A DNA stretch of 64,000 bases from Chloroflexota bacterium (GTDB lineage: Bacteria > Chloroflexota > Limnocylindria > Limnocylindrales > CSP1-4): the NCBI GenBank assembly GCA_017881905.1, contig JADGQI010000172.1, forward strand, positions 6,841 to 70,840. The letters are read 5' to 3'. The stretch's first letter is position 1. Every line of letters begins with the position of its first letter. A program made the position numbers and the translations under genes. Under the pieces are notes generated by a model. That model saw only the letters and a program-made list of their open reading frames with translations. It was not told the DNA's origin and made no database searches. Below are positions 48,531 to 60,140 of the stretch, piece by piece.

Positions 48531-49533
48531 CCAGGGTCCGGGGGCGGACAAGAACTCGAACCGACAAGAGGTCTTCATCTCGCCGACCGGCGCTCCGATG
48601 AACGTCGTCCAGATGGCCGAAGGTCCGCAGCCCCAGGACTTCGAGGTCTCGCTCGAATCGCTCAACCAGTGGCAGATCGCCTGGCGCCGGTTCAAGCGTC
48701 ACCGCCTGGCGGTCGTCGGCACGGGGATCTTCGGAGTGATGATCCTGCTGGCGATCTTCGGCCCGATCATCTGGCCGTACGACCGGCTCGCGCTCAAGCC
48801 CGTCACGCACAGCGGCGGCAACCCGCCCGGCTGGATGCAGAACCCGCGGACGCTGGCCGACCCGTTCGGGACCGACAATGGCGGGCGGAGCGTCTTCATC
48901 CTGACCGTCAATGGCGCCCGCCTGTCGATGCTGATCGGGATCGGGACGACGGTCATCGCGGTGACCATCGGCGTGGTCGTCGGCTCGTTCGCCGGGTTCT
49001 TCGGGGGCAGGATCGACGGATTGCTGATGCGCTTCGTCGACTTCATGCTGACCATCCCGTTCCTGTTCGTGATCCTGGTCATGGCCCGCTTCTTCGGTGC
49101 CGGCGACCCGATCGTCCTGACCTTGATCTTCGGGCTGCTGTTCTGGCCCGGGCTGGCCCGGCTCGTGCGCGCCCTGTTCCTGTCGCTCCGCGAGCAGGAT
49201 TTCGTCCAGGCCGCGCGGGCGGTCGGTGTCAGCGACACCCGGATCACGTTCCGCCACATCCTCCCGAACGCGCTCGGCCCGATCATCGTGTCGGCGACCC
49301 TGCTGGTCGCCTCCGCGATCGTGACCGAGGCGTTCGTCAGCTTCCTCAACTTCGGGCTGAAGGCGACCGACCTCAGCTGGGGCAATGCCCTCGCGAGCTC
49401 GCAGCAATACCAGATCGTCGGGAACTGGTGGTGGGCGTTCTTCCCCGGGATGGCCATCGCCTTGACCGTCACCGCGATCAACTTCATGGGCGACGGTCTG
49501 CGCGACGCCCTCGACCCGCGCTCAAGGGAGTGA
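48523..49533 (+). CDS. ABC transporter permease (OppC/DppC family)
   Basis: In-frame part of ORF 48487..49533. ATG 48523 overlaps the upstream stop (ATGACTGA). Confidence 0.9.
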   Translation: MTDQGPGADKNSNRQEVFISPTGAPMNVVQMAEGPQPQDFEVSLESLNQWQIAWRRFKRHRLAVVGTGIFGVMILLAIFGPIIWPYDRLALKPVTHSGGNPPGWMQNPRTLADPFGTDNGGRSVFILTVNGARLSMLIGIGTTVIAVTIGVVVGSFAGFFGGRIDGLLMRFVDFMLTIPFLFVILVMARFFGAGDPIVLTLIFGLLFWPGLARLVRALFLSLREQDFVQAARAVGVSDTRITFRHILPNALGPIIVSATLLVASAIVTEAFVSFLNFGLKATDLSWGNALASSQQYQIVGNWWWAFFPGMAIALTVTAINFMGDGLRDALDPRSRE

Positions 49534-49537
49534 CCGT

Positions 49538-50617
49538 TTGACCGGCTCGATCCTTCCCGTCGACGACGACGTCGCCACACGCTCTGCGGGGCGCCCGCTG
49601 CTCGAGGTCCGCGACCTGCGGACCTACTTCCACGTCATGGACGGGGTGGTCCGGGCGGTCGACGGGATCAGCTTCTCGATCATGGCCGGCGAGACCCTCG
49701 GCATCGTCGGGGAGTCGGGCTGCGGCAAGAGCGTGACGTCGCTGTCGATCATGCGCCTGCTGGACATGCCACCGGCCGAGATCCCCAGCGGCGAGATCCT
49801 GTTCGAGGGCCGCGACCTGCTGACGATGCCGGACGAGGAGATGCGCAAGGTCCGCGGGAACGACATCGCGATGATCTTCCAGGAGCCGATGACCAGCCTG
49901 AACCCGGTCTTCACGGTCGGCGACCAGATCGCGGAGGCGGTGATCCTTCACCAGGGCCTGTCCAAGAAGGCGGCCTGGGACAAGGCGATCGAGTCGCTGA
50001 AGGCGGTCGGGATCAACAACCCGGAGCGGCGGGTCAAGCAATACCCCCATGAGCTGTCAGGCGGCATGCGCCAACGGGTGATGATCGCGATGGCGCTGTC
50101 GTGCGATCCGAAGCTGCTCATCGCCGACGAGCCCACGACCGCTCTCGATGTGACGATCCAGGCGCAGATCCTCGAGCTCATCCGGACCGTCCAGGATCGG
50201 ACCGGGGCGGCCCTGATGCTGATCACCCACGATCTGGGCGTCGTCGCCGAGACGGTCAAGGACGTCGTCGTGATGTACGCCGGACGGATCGTCGAGGAGG
50301 GCAGCGTCGAGGAGGTCCTGCTCGCACCCAAGCACCCCTACACCGAGGGGCTGCTCGGCTCGATCCCGTCGCGCGGCAAGCGCGGCGAGCGCCTGAACGT
50401 GATCCGGGGTACCGTCCCGAACCCCTTCAACATGCCGCCGGGCTGCAACTTCGCGCCGCGCTGTCCGTACGCCTTCGAACCGTGCACCCAGGCGGATCCC
50501 CGGATCGGCGATGCCAACCCGCCCGATGTCGCCTGCTGGCTGTATACCGCGACGGCGACGTCGCCCACCCCGCCTCGCGTCCGACCGCGACTCGACCTCG
50601 TCGAGGCGCTCGGGTGA
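49538..50617 (+). CDS. ABC transporter ATP-binding protein (OppD/DppD-like)
   Basis: ORF 49538..50617. Walker A GESGCGKS and signature LSGGMRQR. Confidence 0.9.
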   Translation: MTGSILPVDDDVATRSAGRPLLEVRDLRTYFHVMDGVVRAVDGISFSIMAGETLGIVGESGCGKSVTSLSIMRLLDMPPAEIPSGEILFEGRDLLTMPDEEMRKVRGNDIAMIFQEPMTSLNPVFTVGDQIAEAVILHQGLSKKAAWDKAIESLKAVGINNPERRVKQYPHELSGGMRQRVMIAMALSCDPKLLIADEPTTALDVTIQAQILELIRTVQDRTGAALMLITHDLGVVAETVKDVVVMYAGRIVEEGSVEEVLLAPKHPYTEGLLGSIPSRGKRGERLNVIRGTVPNPFNMPPGCNFAPRCPYAFEPCTQADPRIGDANPPDVACWLYTATATSPTPPRVRPRLDLVEALG

Positions 50618-51876
50618 CGTTCGAGACCAGCGAACCGGCCGCTCCCGCAGCCGACCAGCCGGTCGTGCCGGTCGCGCCTCCGCCGAGCCCGTCCGTGCCG
50701 GCGACCGGCGCGGCGGTCGGCCGGCCACCGACGTCGGAGGTGCCGCTCGTCGAGGTCGAGGGGCTGGTCAAGTACTACCCGATCATGGGCGGCTTCCTGC
50801 GCCGCCATGTCGGGGATGTCAAGGCGGTCGACGGGGTCAGCTTCTGGGTCAATCGCGGTGAGGTGCTCGGGCTGGTCGGTGAATCCGGTTGTGGGAAGTC
50901 GACCCTGGGCAAGACGCTCATCCAGCTCACGCCGCCGACGGCCGGGCTCGCCAAGCTCGACGGCGAACCGATCTTCGGCAAGAAGGGCAAGGACCTCAAG
51001 AAGCTGCGCCGGCGGATGCAGATCATCTTCCAGGATCCGGTCGGGTCGCTGAACCCGAGGATGCCGATCAGCGACATCATCGGCGAGGGGCTGCTGGCAC
51101 AGGCCGACGCCGAGAACAGGTGGGGCGACCGGAAGGTCCGCGACAAGCGGGTCGGCGACTACCTCGACGCGGTCGGCCTGCGGCGCGACTACACCCGCCG
51201 CTATCCGCACGAGTTCTCCGGTGGCCAGCGCCAACGGATCGGGATCGCCCGGGCGCTGGCCCTGAGCCCGGATTTCCTCATCTGCGACGAGCCGGTCTCG
51301 GCGCTCGACGTGTCGATCCAGAGCCAGATCCTGAACCTGCTCCTGGACCTTCGCCGCGAGTTCGACCTCACCTACCTGTTCATCGCCCACAACCTGTCGG
51401 TGGTCCAGTACATCAGCGACCGGGTCGGAGTGATGTATCTCGGCAAGCTGGTCGAGCTGGCCGAGGTCGAGGAGCTCTACCGGCGGCCTCGTCACCCGTA
51501 CAGCGTGGCGCTCCTGTCCGCGGTCCCGGACGCGAACCCGCGCGTCCGCAAGAAGCGGCTCGTGCTGACCGGCGACGTCCCGTCGCCCGCGGCGCCGCCG
51601 TCGGGCTGCCACTTCCACACCCGGTGCTGGCTGTACGAGCAGCTCGGCCAGCCCGAGGTCTGTACGACGGCCGACCCGGAGTTCCGGGACATCGGCGACG
51701 GCCATCTGGTCGCCTGCCATTGGGCCGAGAAGGTGCCAACGGCGGTCGTCGCAAGCGCGGTACCCACCGCGGAGGTGACGACCGACACCGTGGCCATGCC
51801 AGCCGCCGGTATCCCGGCGGCACCGCCGATCGATGCCGGTCCACCGACGGAAGAGGCCACGGCGAGCGGCACCTGA
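50614..51876 (+). CDS. ABC transporter ATP-binding protein (OppF/DppF-like) with a Pro/Ala-rich C-terminal tail
   Basis: In-frame part of ORF 50101..51876. GTG 50614 overlaps the upstream stop. Walker [10 protein letters not shown] and signature FSGGQRQR. Confidence 0.9.
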   Translation: MTFETSEPAAPAADQPVVPVAPPPSPSVPATGAAVGRPPTSEVPLVEVEGLVKYYPIMGGFLRRHVGDVKAVDGVSFWVNRGEVLGLVGESGCGKSTLGKTLIQLTPPTAGLAKLDGEPIFGKKGKDLKKLRRRMQIIFQDPVGSLNPRMPISDIIGEGLLAQADAENRWGDRKVRDKRVGDYLDAVGLRRDYTRRYPHEFSGGQRQRIGIARALALSPDFLICDEPVSALDVSIQSQILNLLLDLRREFDLTYLFIAHNLSVVQYISDRVGVMYLGKLVELAEVEELYRRPRHPYSVALLSAVPDANPRVRKKRLVLTGDVPSPAAPPSGCHFHTRCWLYEQLGQPEVCTTADPEFRDIGDGHLVACHWAEKVPTAVVASAVPTAEVTTDTVAMPAAGIPAAPPIDAGPPTEEATASGT

Positions 51877-51979
51877 GTATCATGCGCGGGTCGGCGAGGA
51901 CCGGATCCGACCGGAAACGGCCGGGCTGGAGGAGGCCCCGTCGGCCCGAGCACCAAGGCATAGGAGGAGAACGAACCGC

Positions 51980-53707
51980 ATGACACGGATCAGATCAGGA
52001 GCAGGTCTCGCGATCGCCGCGATCCTGTTCGCAGCCTGCAGCGGGTCGACCGCCACGCCGGCACCCGCCAGCCAGGCGCCGGCCAGTGCCGCGGCACCGT
52101 CAGGTGCGGCGCCGTCCACGGCGCCGAGTGCGGCCGCCGGGACACCGAAGGATGGCGGCAGCCTCGTCGTGGCCATCCCGGGCGACATCTCGTCGACCGA
52201 CTCGGCGTTCATCCAGGACAGCAACTCGTCGACCGTCTCGAACCAGGTGATCGAGGGCCTCGTCGCGACGAAGCCCGGGACCACCGGCGAGATCGTCCCG
52301 GCCCTGGCCAAATCGTGGACCGTCAGCCCCGACGGCCTGACCTACACGTTCACCCTGCAGGACGGCGTCAAGTTCCATGACGGGACCGACTTCAACGCCG
52401 ATGCGGTCTGCTACAACTACAACCGCTGGAACAACTTCACGGGCGCGCTCGCGAGCCCTGACTACTCGTACTACTACGCGGCGGTCTTCGGTGGCTATGG
52501 CAAGGATTCGAACCTCGCCTCCTGCACCGCCACCAGTCCGACCGAAGTCGCGATCGTGCTCAAGCACCCCTACAGCAGCTTCCTGCTGAGCCAGACCATC
52601 ACGTCGTTCGGGATCAACAGCCCGACGGCCCTCAAGGCGCTCGACGCCGACAACCCGGATCCGACCAAGAGTGGATACAACACCGGCGCCAAGGGCGCGA
52701 TGGTCGGCACCGGTCCTTTCATGTTCAAGGAATACACCGCGAACGATCACATCACGGTGGTCAAGAACCCCAACTACTGGAACAAGGCCGGCGTGGCCCA
52801 CCTGGACACGGTGATCTTCAAGCCGATCTCCGACCAGACCGCCACGCTCAACGCGCTCCAGAGCGGCGACATCCAGCTCGCCATGAACCTCAACCCGACG
52901 GACCTGTCGACGGTCCAGGCGGACACCAAGCTGCAGGCCATCGATCGCGGTGAGTCGTGCAACCTGTTCCACCTCGGGATGAACGAGACGCACAAGCCGT
53001 TCGACAACGAGAAGATCCGCGAAGCGGTCGCGTACGCGATCAACAAGCAGGCGCTGATCGACACGTTCTACGGCGGCCAGGCCAAGGCGGCCATCACCTG
53101 GATGCCGGCCGGCGGCCTGTATGCCAAGGATGAGGCGCTGCCCGAGTACAACGTCGACAAGGCCAAGGCCCTGATCGCCGAGTCCGGTGTCCCGGCCGAC
53201 CAGCTGACGTTCGACTTCTGGTATCCGTCCAACGTCAGCCGGCCGTACATGCCGGACCCGAAGGGGATCTTCCAGGCCATCAGCTCCGACCTCGAAGCGG
53301 TCGGCTTCACCCCGAACCCGCAGACCAAGCCCTGGAAGGAGGGGTATCTCAAGGAAGAGGCCACCGGGAAGTACCCGATGTGGCTGATCGGCTGGACCTG
53401 CGACTGGGCCGGCCCGGACAACTTCCTCGATACGGCTTTCTTCAACTACCAGGGCGGCAAGCCCAGCCCGGAGTTCGCCTACACGAACGACGCGCTCAAC
53501 AAGACGATGAAGGACGCCGAGGCCGCCACGGACGACGCGACCGCGAAGACGCTGTGGGAGAAGGCGCAGGACATGATTCGCGCCGACATGCCCACCGTGC
53601 CGATCGTCAACTCCACCCCGCCGGCCGCCGCTGCAGCCTTCGTCAAGGGCTTCGTCGGCTCCGGTAACCTGACCGAGATCCTCAACTCCGTCTGGCTCGA
53701 CCAGTAA
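51980..53707 (+). CDS. ABC transporter substrate-binding lipoprotein, family 5 (second copy)
   Basis: In-frame part of ORF 51833..53707. ATG at 51980 after AGGAGGAGA. Lipobox LFAAC. A TATCATGCGC -10-like element lies ~100 nt upstream. Confidence 0.9.
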   Translation: MTRIRSGAGLAIAAILFAACSGSTATPAPASQAPASAAAPSGAAPSTAPSAAAGTPKDGGSLVVAIPGDISSTDSAFIQDSNSSTVSNQVIEGLVATKPGTTGEIVPALAKSWTVSPDGLTYTFTLQDGVKFHDGTDFNADAVCYNYNRWNNFTGALASPDYSYYYAAVFGGYGKDSNLASCTATSPTEVAIVLKHPYSSFLLSQTITSFGINSPTALKALDADNPDPTKSGYNTGAKGAMVGTGPFMFKEYTANDHITVVKNPNYWNKAGVAHLDTVIFKPISDQTATLNALQSGDIQLAMNLNPTDLSTVQADTKLQAIDRGESCNLFHLGMNETHKPFDNEKIREAVAYAINKQALIDTFYGGQAKAAITWMPAGGLYAKDEALPEYNVDKAKALIAESGVPADQLTFDFWYPSNVSRPYMPDPKGIFQAISSDLEAVGFTPNPQTKPWKEGYLKEEATGKYPMWLIGWTCDWAGPDNFLDTAFFNYQGGKPSPEFAYTNDALNKTMKDAEAATDDATAKTLWEKAQDMIRADMPTVPIVNSTPPAAAAAFVKGFVGSGNLTEILNSVWLDQ

Positions 53708-53758
53708 CGTGATCGGTCCGTGGGACGGAGGCGTCCGGCGGACCTCGCGAACACCTGA

Positions 53759-53790
53759 CCGACCCCGGTGCCTTCGGGCGCCGGGGTCGG
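53759..53790 (+). terminator. 14-bp stem with UUCG tetraloop (CCGACCCCGGTGCC-TTCG-GGCGCCGGGGTCGG) followed by TTCCC, 52 nt after the SBP2 stop; candidate attenuator/terminator
   Basis: Inverted repeat read from the sequence. One G-U wobble pair. Confidence 0.45.
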
Positions 53791-53821
53791 TTCCCACCGT
53801 CCCGCGGAGCGATCGACCCCG

Positions 53822-54826
53822 GTGATCAAGTACATCGTCCGACGACTGCTCGGTGCGATCCCGGTCCTGTTCGGGCTGTCGATCATCCTGTTCGCGTTCA
53901 TCCACCTGCTCCCCGGCGATCCGGCGGCGACGATCCTTGGCCAGCACGCCCGGCCCGAGCTCGTCGACGCGATGCGCCACCGTCTGGGGCTCGATCTGCC
54001 CCTGTGGCAGCAGTACCTCAACTACGTCGGGGACCTGCTCCACGGCGACCTCGGCCGGAGCTTCGTCAACAACCGCTCGGTCGTCGACGACTTCTTCGTC
54101 CGGTTCCCGGGGACCGTCGAGCTCACCCTCGCCGCCCTGGCGTTCGCGGTAGGTCTCGGCATCCCGATGGGTCGCTGGGCGGCGCGCAAGCCCCAGAGCT
54201 TCTCGGACGGGTTCATCACCGTCGTATCGCTGGTCGGGGTGAGCATCCCGATCTTCGTGCTGGGCCTGTCGCTCCAGTACGTGTTCGCCGTCCAGCTCCA
54301 CATCCTGCCCGCGTCAGGTCGCATCGACCCCCGGCTCCAGGTGCCGTACACGACGAACTTCCTGCTGATCGACACGCTCCTGGCCGGGCGGCCGGACGCG
54401 TTCGTCGACTCCCTTCGGCACCTCGTCCTGCCGGCCATCGCCCTGGGCTCGATCCCGCTCGCGATCATCACCCGGATCACTCGGGCCTCGGTCCTGGACG
54501 TCACCCACGAGGACTACGTCCGGACGGCACGCGCCAAGGGTCTGACCGAGAAGCGCGTCGACGGACGGCACATCATGCGCAACGCCTGGCTTCCGGTGGT
54601 GACCGTCATCGGCCTCCAGGTCGGCGGCCTCCTCGCCGGGGCGGTGATCACCGAGACCGTGTTCGCCTGGAACGGGGTAGGGAAGTGGGTGGTCGAGGCG
54701 ATCGAGGCCCACGACTACTTCGTGATCCAGTCCTCGATCCTCATCTTCGCCTTGATCTTCCTGCTGGTGAACCTCGTGGTCGACATCGGATACGCATTCC
54801 TCAACCCGCGGATCAGGTACTCCTGA
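53822..54826 (+). CDS. ABC transporter permease (OppB/DppB family)
   Basis: In-frame part of ORF 53768..54826. GTG at 53822 (VIKYIVRRLLGAIPVLF). Confidence 0.9.
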   Translation: MIKYIVRRLLGAIPVLFGLSIILFAFIHLLPGDPAATILGQHARPELVDAMRHRLGLDLPLWQQYLNYVGDLLHGDLGRSFVNNRSVVDDFFVRFPGTVELTLAALAFAVGLGIPMGRWAARKPQSFSDGFITVVSLVGVSIPIFVLGLSLQYVFAVQLHILPASGRIDPRLQVPYTTNFLLIDTLLAGRPDAFVDSLRHLVLPAIALGSIPLAIITRITRASVLDVTHEDYVRTARAKGLTEKRVDGRHIMRNAWLPVVTVIGLQVGGLLAGAVITETVFAWNGVGKWVVEAIEAHDYFVIQSSILIFALIFLLVNLVVDIGYAFLNPRIRYS

Positions 54827-55728
54827 TGGCGACCAAGGCGGCCACGCCAGCGACGGTCCGCGTCCCGGTCGAGAGCCGGGCGAGCCGCGGCCTGTGGCGC
54901 GATGCCCTCGTCCGGCTCCGGCGCAATCGGCCGGCGCTGGTCGGCCTCGCCTGCATCGCCATCTTCGTCTTCGTCGCGTTCTTCGCTCCGTGGCTCGCCC
55001 AGTACGACCCGAACAAGGGTGGGCTCGGCAAGACCTTCGAACCACCGTCGGCGGCCCACTGGGCGGGGCTGGACAAGCTCGGCCGTGACGAGCTGACGCG
55101 AGTGATGTATGGGGCTCGCATCAGCCTCGTCGTCGGCGTCGTCTCGGTCACCGTCGGGCTGACGATCGGGGGGCTGGTGGGGGCGATCGCCGGTGGGGTC
55201 GGCGGGCGGATCGACACGATCCTCATGCGGATCACCGATGTCTTCCTGGCGATCCCCGGGATCCTCCTGGCGATCGGCATCGTTGCCTGGCTCGGTCAGG
55301 GCCTGGTCCAGATCATGATCGCGGTGGCCGTGGCGAATGCCCCGATCTTCGCTCGGATCCTGCGGGGGAGTCTGCTGTCGTTGCGCGAAGCGGAGTTCGT
55401 GACGGCGGCTCGGTCGGTCGGGGCGAGCCGCACCAGGCTGCTCCTGCGGCACATGCTGCCCAACGCCCTGACCGCGCTGATCGTGGCGGCGACCCTCGCC
55501 CTTGCGACGGCGATCATCGACGTCGCCGGCCTGGGCTTCCTCGGGCTCGGTCCACCCGACCCACGGACGGCCGAGTGGGGAACGATGCTCACCGACTCGA
55601 CCGAGGCGCTCCGCCGGGCCCCGTGGCTCATCTTCGCCCCGGGCATCGCCATCGTCATCAGCGCCATCGGGTTCAACCTGCTCGGCGACGGGCTGCGCGA
55701 GTCGCTCGACCCGAGGTTGAAGCGATGA
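54826..55728 (+). CDS. ABC transporter permease (OppC/DppC family)
   Basis: In-frame part of ORF 54004..55728. ATG 54826 overlaps the upstream stop (TGATG). Confidence 0.9.
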   Translation: MATKAATPATVRVPVESRASRGLWRDALVRLRRNRPALVGLACIAIFVFVAFFAPWLAQYDPNKGGLGKTFEPPSAAHWAGLDKLGRDELTRVMYGARISLVVGVVSVTVGLTIGGLVGAIAGGVGGRIDTILMRITDVFLAIPGILLAIGIVAWLGQGLVQIMIAVAVANAPIFARILRGSLLSLREAEFVTAARSVGASRTRLLLRHMLPNALTALIVAATLALATAIIDVAGLGFLGLGPPDPRTAEWGTMLTDSTEALRRAPWLIFAPGIAIVISAIGFNLLGDGLRESLDPRLKR

Positions 55729-57029
55729 CCACCACGACGCCGCCCCCGGCGCCCGCACCGACCGCCGCCGGGGCCGCCGGAGGCGTCGCCTCCGTGCCGC
55801 TCCTGTCGGTCCGCGATCTCGTCGTCCGGTTCCGGACCCAGGACGGGACCATCTACGCGGTCAACGGGATCGACTTCGACCTGGCCGAGGGGGAGACGCT
55901 CGGGATCGTCGGTGAGTCGGGTTGCGGCAAGAGCGTGACGAACCTGGCGATCATGCGGCTTCTGCCCAAGCCGGCCGGACGGATCGAGCGCGGCCGCATC
56001 CTGCTCGATGGCCAGGACCTCGTCGTGCTCTCAGAGAGCGAGATCCGGGCCATCCGCGGCCGGGACGTGGCGATGATCTTCCAGGATCCGATGACCAGCC
56101 TGAACCCGGTCCTGACGATCGAGGAGCAGATGGTCGAGACGATCCGGGCGCACCGGACGACGAGCAAGGAGGAGGCCCGCGCGCGCGCGATCGAGCTCCT
56201 CGAGATGGTCGGGATCCCGAAGCCGGAGACGCGGCTGAAGGCGTTCCCTCACCAGTTCTCAGGTGGCATGCGTCAGCGGGTGATGATCGCGATGGCGCTC
56301 GCCCTCGATCCTCGCCTGCTGATCGCCGACGAGCCGACCACGGCACTCGACGTCACGATCCAGGCCCAGATCCTCGAGATCCTCGCGCGTCTCGCGACGG
56401 AATCCGGCACCGCCCTCATCCTGATCACCCACGACCTGGGGGTCGTCGCCGGGATGACCAAGCGGATCAACGTGATGTACGCCGGGTTCGTCGTGGAATC
56501 GGCGACGACGCCGGAGCTGTTCGCCCTGCCGTCGCACCCGTACACGATCGGCCTGCTCCACTCGATCCCGCGGCTCGACTCCGATGGCGACGAGGATCTG
56601 ATCCCGATCGAGGGCCGGCCGCCGGATCAGCGGGTCGAGCCGGTCGGCTGCCCGTTCGCACCGCGCTGCGCCTGGCGGATCGACGATTGCTGGTCGGACA
56701 ACCCCGGGCTTGCCGCCATCGATGGGAGAGCGGCGGTCGTGATGACCGGGCCGGCTGCGACCCACCGGATCGCATGCTTCAACCCACCGACGCACGACGA
56801 GGCGCTCGCCGGCCGGCCGTTGCGCGAGGGATTCCGGCCGGCGCCACCGCCTGGCACGCTGCCCGAGGACACAGGCTTCGAGGGCCTCGGTTCCGAGGAG
56901 GCGCTCGAGGCGCTCGAGCCGCAGGGCGCCGAGCACAGCCCGCTGCTGCCGCGCGACGAGGCGCTCCTCGACGCGGGTCGCGACCGCGGCCAGTACCCCG
57001 GCGACGCCGATCGCGACAGCCACCGATGA
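55725..57029 (+). CDS. ABC transporter ATP-binding protein (OppD-like) with a ~100-aa acidic/Pro-rich C-terminal extension
   Basis: In-frame part of ORF 55575..57029. ATG 55725 overlaps the upstream stop. Walker A GESGCGKS. Confidence 0.9.
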   Translation: MTTTTPPPAPAPTAAGAAGGVASVPLLSVRDLVVRFRTQDGTIYAVNGIDFDLAEGETLGIVGESGCGKSVTNLAIMRLLPKPAGRIERGRILLDGQDLVVLSESEIRAIRGRDVAMIFQDPMTSLNPVLTIEEQMVETIRAHRTTSKEEARARAIELLEMVGIPKPETRLKAFPHQFSGGMRQRVMIAMALALDPRLLIADEPTTALDVTIQAQILEILARLATESGTALILITHDLGVVAGMTKRINVMYAGFVVESATTPELFALPSHPYTIGLLHSIPRLDSDGDEDLIPIEGRPPDQRVEPVGCPFAPRCAWRIDDCWSDNPGLAAIDGRAAVVMTGPAATHRIACFNPPTHDEALAGRPLREGFRPAPPPGTLPEDTGFEGLGSEEALEALEPQGAEHSPLLPRDEALLDAGRDRGQYPGDADRDSHR

Positions 57030-58282
57030 GCGGCATGATGGACGTCCGCTCGACGACGGCTACAGGCCCGACCAGCGCACCGCCACCCAAGGCCGCGCCC
57101 GCCCAGGTGGGCCAGTCGCTCCTTCGGGTCGACGACCTGCGGGTCTGGTTCCCGATCACCGAGGGGCTCATCTTCGAGCGGCATATCGGCGACGTCCGTG
57201 CGGTCGACGGGATCGATTTCGAGATCCGTCGGGGCGAGACCCTCGGTCTGGTCGGGGAGTCTGGCTGCGGCAAGAGCACCACCGGGCGAGCGATCGTCCG
57301 GCTGTACAAGCCGACCACCGGCTCGATCACCTTCGACGGGGTCGACCTGGCGCCCCTCGAGGGGGCCGCGCTGCGTCGGATGCGGGCCCGGATGCAGATG
57401 ATCTTCCAGGACCCGTATGCGAGCCTCAACCCACGGATGAACGTCGCGGGGATCGTCGGTGAGCCGCTCGACATCCACAGCGTCGGCACCAAGGCCGAGC
57501 GCAACGAACGCGTCCGGGATCTGCTGGCCACGGTCGGGCTCAATCCGGACTTCGCGGTCCGCTACCCGCATGAGTTCTCGGGCGGACAGCGGCAGCGGAT
57601 CGGGGTGGCCCGCGCCCTCGCGCTCAATCCGGACTTGATCGTCGCCGACGAGCCGATCAGTGCCCTCGACGTGTCGATCCAGGCCCAGATCATCAACCTG
57701 CTCCAGCGGCTCCAGGGCGAATTCGGATTGACCTACCTGTTCATCGCCCACGACCTGTCGGTGGTCCGCCACATCAGCGACCGGATCGCGGTGATGTACC
57801 TCGGGCGGATCGTCGAAGTGGCGCCATCCCGTGAGCTCAATCGCGAGCCCGTTCATCCGTACACGGTCGCTCTCCTGTCGGCCATCCCGATCCCGGACCC
57901 CGTGGTGGAGAGTCGTCGCAGGCGGATCATCCTCAAGGGCGACGTGCCGTCACCCGCGGCGCCGCCACCCGGCTGCCGGTTCCATACGCGCTGCTGGTTG
58001 CGCGACCGCCTCGGCGATCCCGAGCGATGCTCGACCGAGGAACCCGTCCTGCGAACGATGGCGACCGGTCACGATGTCGCCTGTCACTTCGCCGAGGAGG
58101 TGGCGGGCTCCGCCGAGCAGGTCCAGGCCGTCGGTCGCGGGGCGCCGACGGCTCCGCCGGCTGGCTCGGTGTCGCCGTCGCTGGGACCGGACGGCACACC
58201 GCGTCGGGACCTCGGCGCGCTGCCCGCCACGCCGCCCGTCCCGCCCAGCGCACCGCCGTCGGTCCCGTCGCCCGGGGTCTGA
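57026..58282 (+). CDS. ABC transporter ATP-binding protein (OppF-like) with a Pro-rich C-terminal tail
   Basis: In-frame part of ORF 55922..58282. ATG 57026 overlaps the upstream stop. Confidence 0.9.
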   Translation: MSGMMDVRSTTATGPTSAPPPKAAPAQVGQSLLRVDDLRVWFPITEGLIFERHIGDVRAVDGIDFEIRRGETLGLVGESGCGKSTTGRAIVRLYKPTTGSITFDGVDLAPLEGAALRRMRARMQMIFQDPYASLNPRMNVAGIVGEPLDIHSVGTKAERNERVRDLLATVGLNPDFAVRYPHEFSGGQRQRIGVARALALNPDLIVADEPISALDVSIQAQIINLLQRLQGEFGLTYLFIAHDLSVVRHISDRIAVMYLGRIVEVAPSRELNREPVHPYTVALLSAIPIPDPVVESRRRRIILKGDVPSPAAPPPGCRFHTRCWLRDRLGDPERCSTEEPVLRTMATGHDVACHFAEEVAGSAEQVQAVGRGAPTAPPAGSVSPSLGPDGTPRRDLGALPATPPVPPSAPPSVPSPGV

Positions 58283-58299
58283 CGGGCTAGACTCGGCCG

Positions 58300-59256
58300 G
58301 TGCAGCCGTTGCGGATCGCCCTCGCCCAGATCGCGCCGCGCCTCGGGGCGCTCGATGAGAATCTCGAGCGCCATCAGACCCTGCTGGCCGAGGCTCGCGC
58401 CGGCGGAGCGGGGTTGGTCGTCTTCCCAGAGCTGGGGCTGACCGGGTATCTCCTCCAGGACCTCGCCGCCGAGGTCGCCATGCGTCTCGACGATCCCCGC
58501 CTCGGGGCCCTGGCTGCCGAGACGGCGGGGCTGTCGGCCGTCGTGTCGTTCGTCGAGGAATCGGCCGATCACCGCCTGTTCATCGCCGCGGCCCTCCTCG
58601 AGGACGGGCAGATCGCCCACGTCCACCGGAAGCTGTTCTTGCCGACCTACGGGCTGTTCGACGAGCGCCGGTTCTTCGCGGCGGGCGATCTCCTCCGGGC
58701 GATCCCGTCGCGTCTCGGACCGGGCATCGGCCTGGCGGTCTGCGAGGATTTCTGGCACCTTGCGGTCGCGCAGGTCCTGGCGCTCGATGGCGCCCAGATA
58801 CTGATCAACGTGTCGTCGTCGCCGGGCCGGGACCTGGCGGCGACGAACGAGGTGGGTCTCGGGACCGCGACGTCGTGGCGGACGCTGATGCGGACCTACG
58901 CCCAGCTGACGACGAGCTTCGTCGTCTTCGTCAATCGCGTCGGGGTCGAGGAGTCGATCAGCTTCTGGGGCGGCTCCGAGGTCATCGGACCCGACGGCGC
59001 CGCGGTCTTCAGCGCACCGTTCTACGACGACGGCCTGTACCTCGTCGACATCGACCTCGCGGAGATCCGCCGGTCGCGGATCGGCCTGCCGCTGCTGCGC
59101 GACGAGCGTCCCGAGCTCCAGGTCCGCGAGCTCGACCGGATCGTCGCCGAACGGGCCGGGCTGGCGAGCGATTCCACCGCCGACCCGGACGCCGCGCCCG
59201 GTCTCGATGTCGCCCCGCCGGTCCCGGCACCGACCTCGTCCTCGGGTCGGCCATGA
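58300..59256 (+). CDS. carbon-nitrogen hydrolase (nitrilase superfamily); likely glutaminase subunit of a split glutamine-dependent NAD+ synthetase
   Basis: ORF 58300..59256. FPELGLTGY (catalytic Glu), KLFLP (Lys) and LAVCED (Cys) form the triad. Its stop overlaps the nadE start. Confidence 0.75.
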   Translation: MQPLRIALAQIAPRLGALDENLERHQTLLAEARAGGAGLVVFPELGLTGYLLQDLAAEVAMRLDDPRLGALAAETAGLSAVVSFVEESADHRLFIAAALLEDGQIAHVHRKLFLPTYGLFDERRFFAAGDLLRAIPSRLGPGIGLAVCEDFWHLAVAQVLALDGAQILINVSSSPGRDLAATNEVGLGTATSWRTLMRTYAQLTTSFVVFVNRVGVEESISFWGGSEVIGPDGAAVFSAPFYDDGLYLVDIDLAEIRRSRIGLPLLRDERPELQVRELDRIVAERAGLASDSTADPDAAPGLDVAPPVPAPTSSSGRP

Positions 59257-60140
59257 CCGGCGCGGTGTTCGAGCTGCCGACCGAGCTCGAGATCGATGCG
59301 GACATCGCCCGGCGGGTCATCGCCGAGTTCATCCGCGGCCAGCTTCGCCAGGCCGGCTTCGAGCGGGCCGTCCTCGGGTTGTCCGGCGGGATCGACTCGG
59401 CGCTCGTGGCGTTCCTGGTCGCCGAGGCGATCGGTGCGGACCGGCTGCTGTGCGTGATGCTGCCGTACCGGACGTCGTCGCCCGCGTCGCGGGCCGACGC
59501 GGAGGAGGTCGTCCGCCGGCTCGGATGCTCGTCCGAGCTCGTCGACATCAGCGCCATGGTCGACGGCTACTACGGTCGCGATGCGGTGCCCGGCGCGCTC
59601 GGGTCCGAGGGTCTCGAGGCCGCACCCTTGAGGCGCGGGAACTTCATGGCCCGGATGCGGATGGCGGTCCTGTACGACCGATCGGTGACCTGGGGCGGGC
59701 TCGTGGTCGGGACCGGCAACAAGACCGAGGCGCTGATCGGCTACACGACCCTGTTCGGCGACAGCGCCTGCGCGTTCAACCCGATCGGCGACCTGTACAA
59801 GAGCCAGGTCCGGCAGCTGGCCGCCGCGATCGGCGTCCCGGACGCGATCATCGCCAAGGCGCCGTCGGCCGACCTGTGGCCGGGCCAGACCGACGAGTCC
59901 GAGGCCGGCTTCAGCTACCCGGAGCTCGATCGGCTCCTGTTCTGGCTGATCGACAAGCGGCGCTCGCCCGAGGAGCTGGTCGGCAAAGGCTTCGCCCCGG
60001 GACTTGTCGCCTGGGCGACCCGGGCGGTGGCCGGTGCCGAATTCAAGCGCCAGGTGCCGCCGATCGCGAAGCTCGGACCCAGGACTGCGGGCGTCGACTA
60101 CCTGTACCCACGCCGGCGACCGGGTTCGTCGCGATCGTGA
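59253..60140 (+). CDS. nadE: NAD+ synthetase (synthetase/ATP-pyrophosphatase domain)
   Basis: In-frame part of ORF 58875..60140. ATG 59253 overlaps the upstream stop (ATGA). PP-loop SGGIDSA. Confidence 0.9.
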   Translation: MTGAVFELPTELEIDADIARRVIAEFIRGQLRQAGFERAVLGLSGGIDSALVAFLVAEAIGADRLLCVMLPYRTSSPASRADAEEVVRRLGCSSELVDISAMVDGYYGRDAVPGALGSEGLEAAPLRRGNFMARMRMAVLYDRSVTWGGLVVGTGNKTEALIGYTTLFGDSACAFNPIGDLYKSQVRQLAAAIGVPDAIIAKAPSADLWPGQTDESEAGFSYPELDRLLFWLIDKRRSPEELVGKGFAPGLVAWATRAVAGAEFKRQVPPIAKLGPRTAGVDYLYPRRRPGSSRS

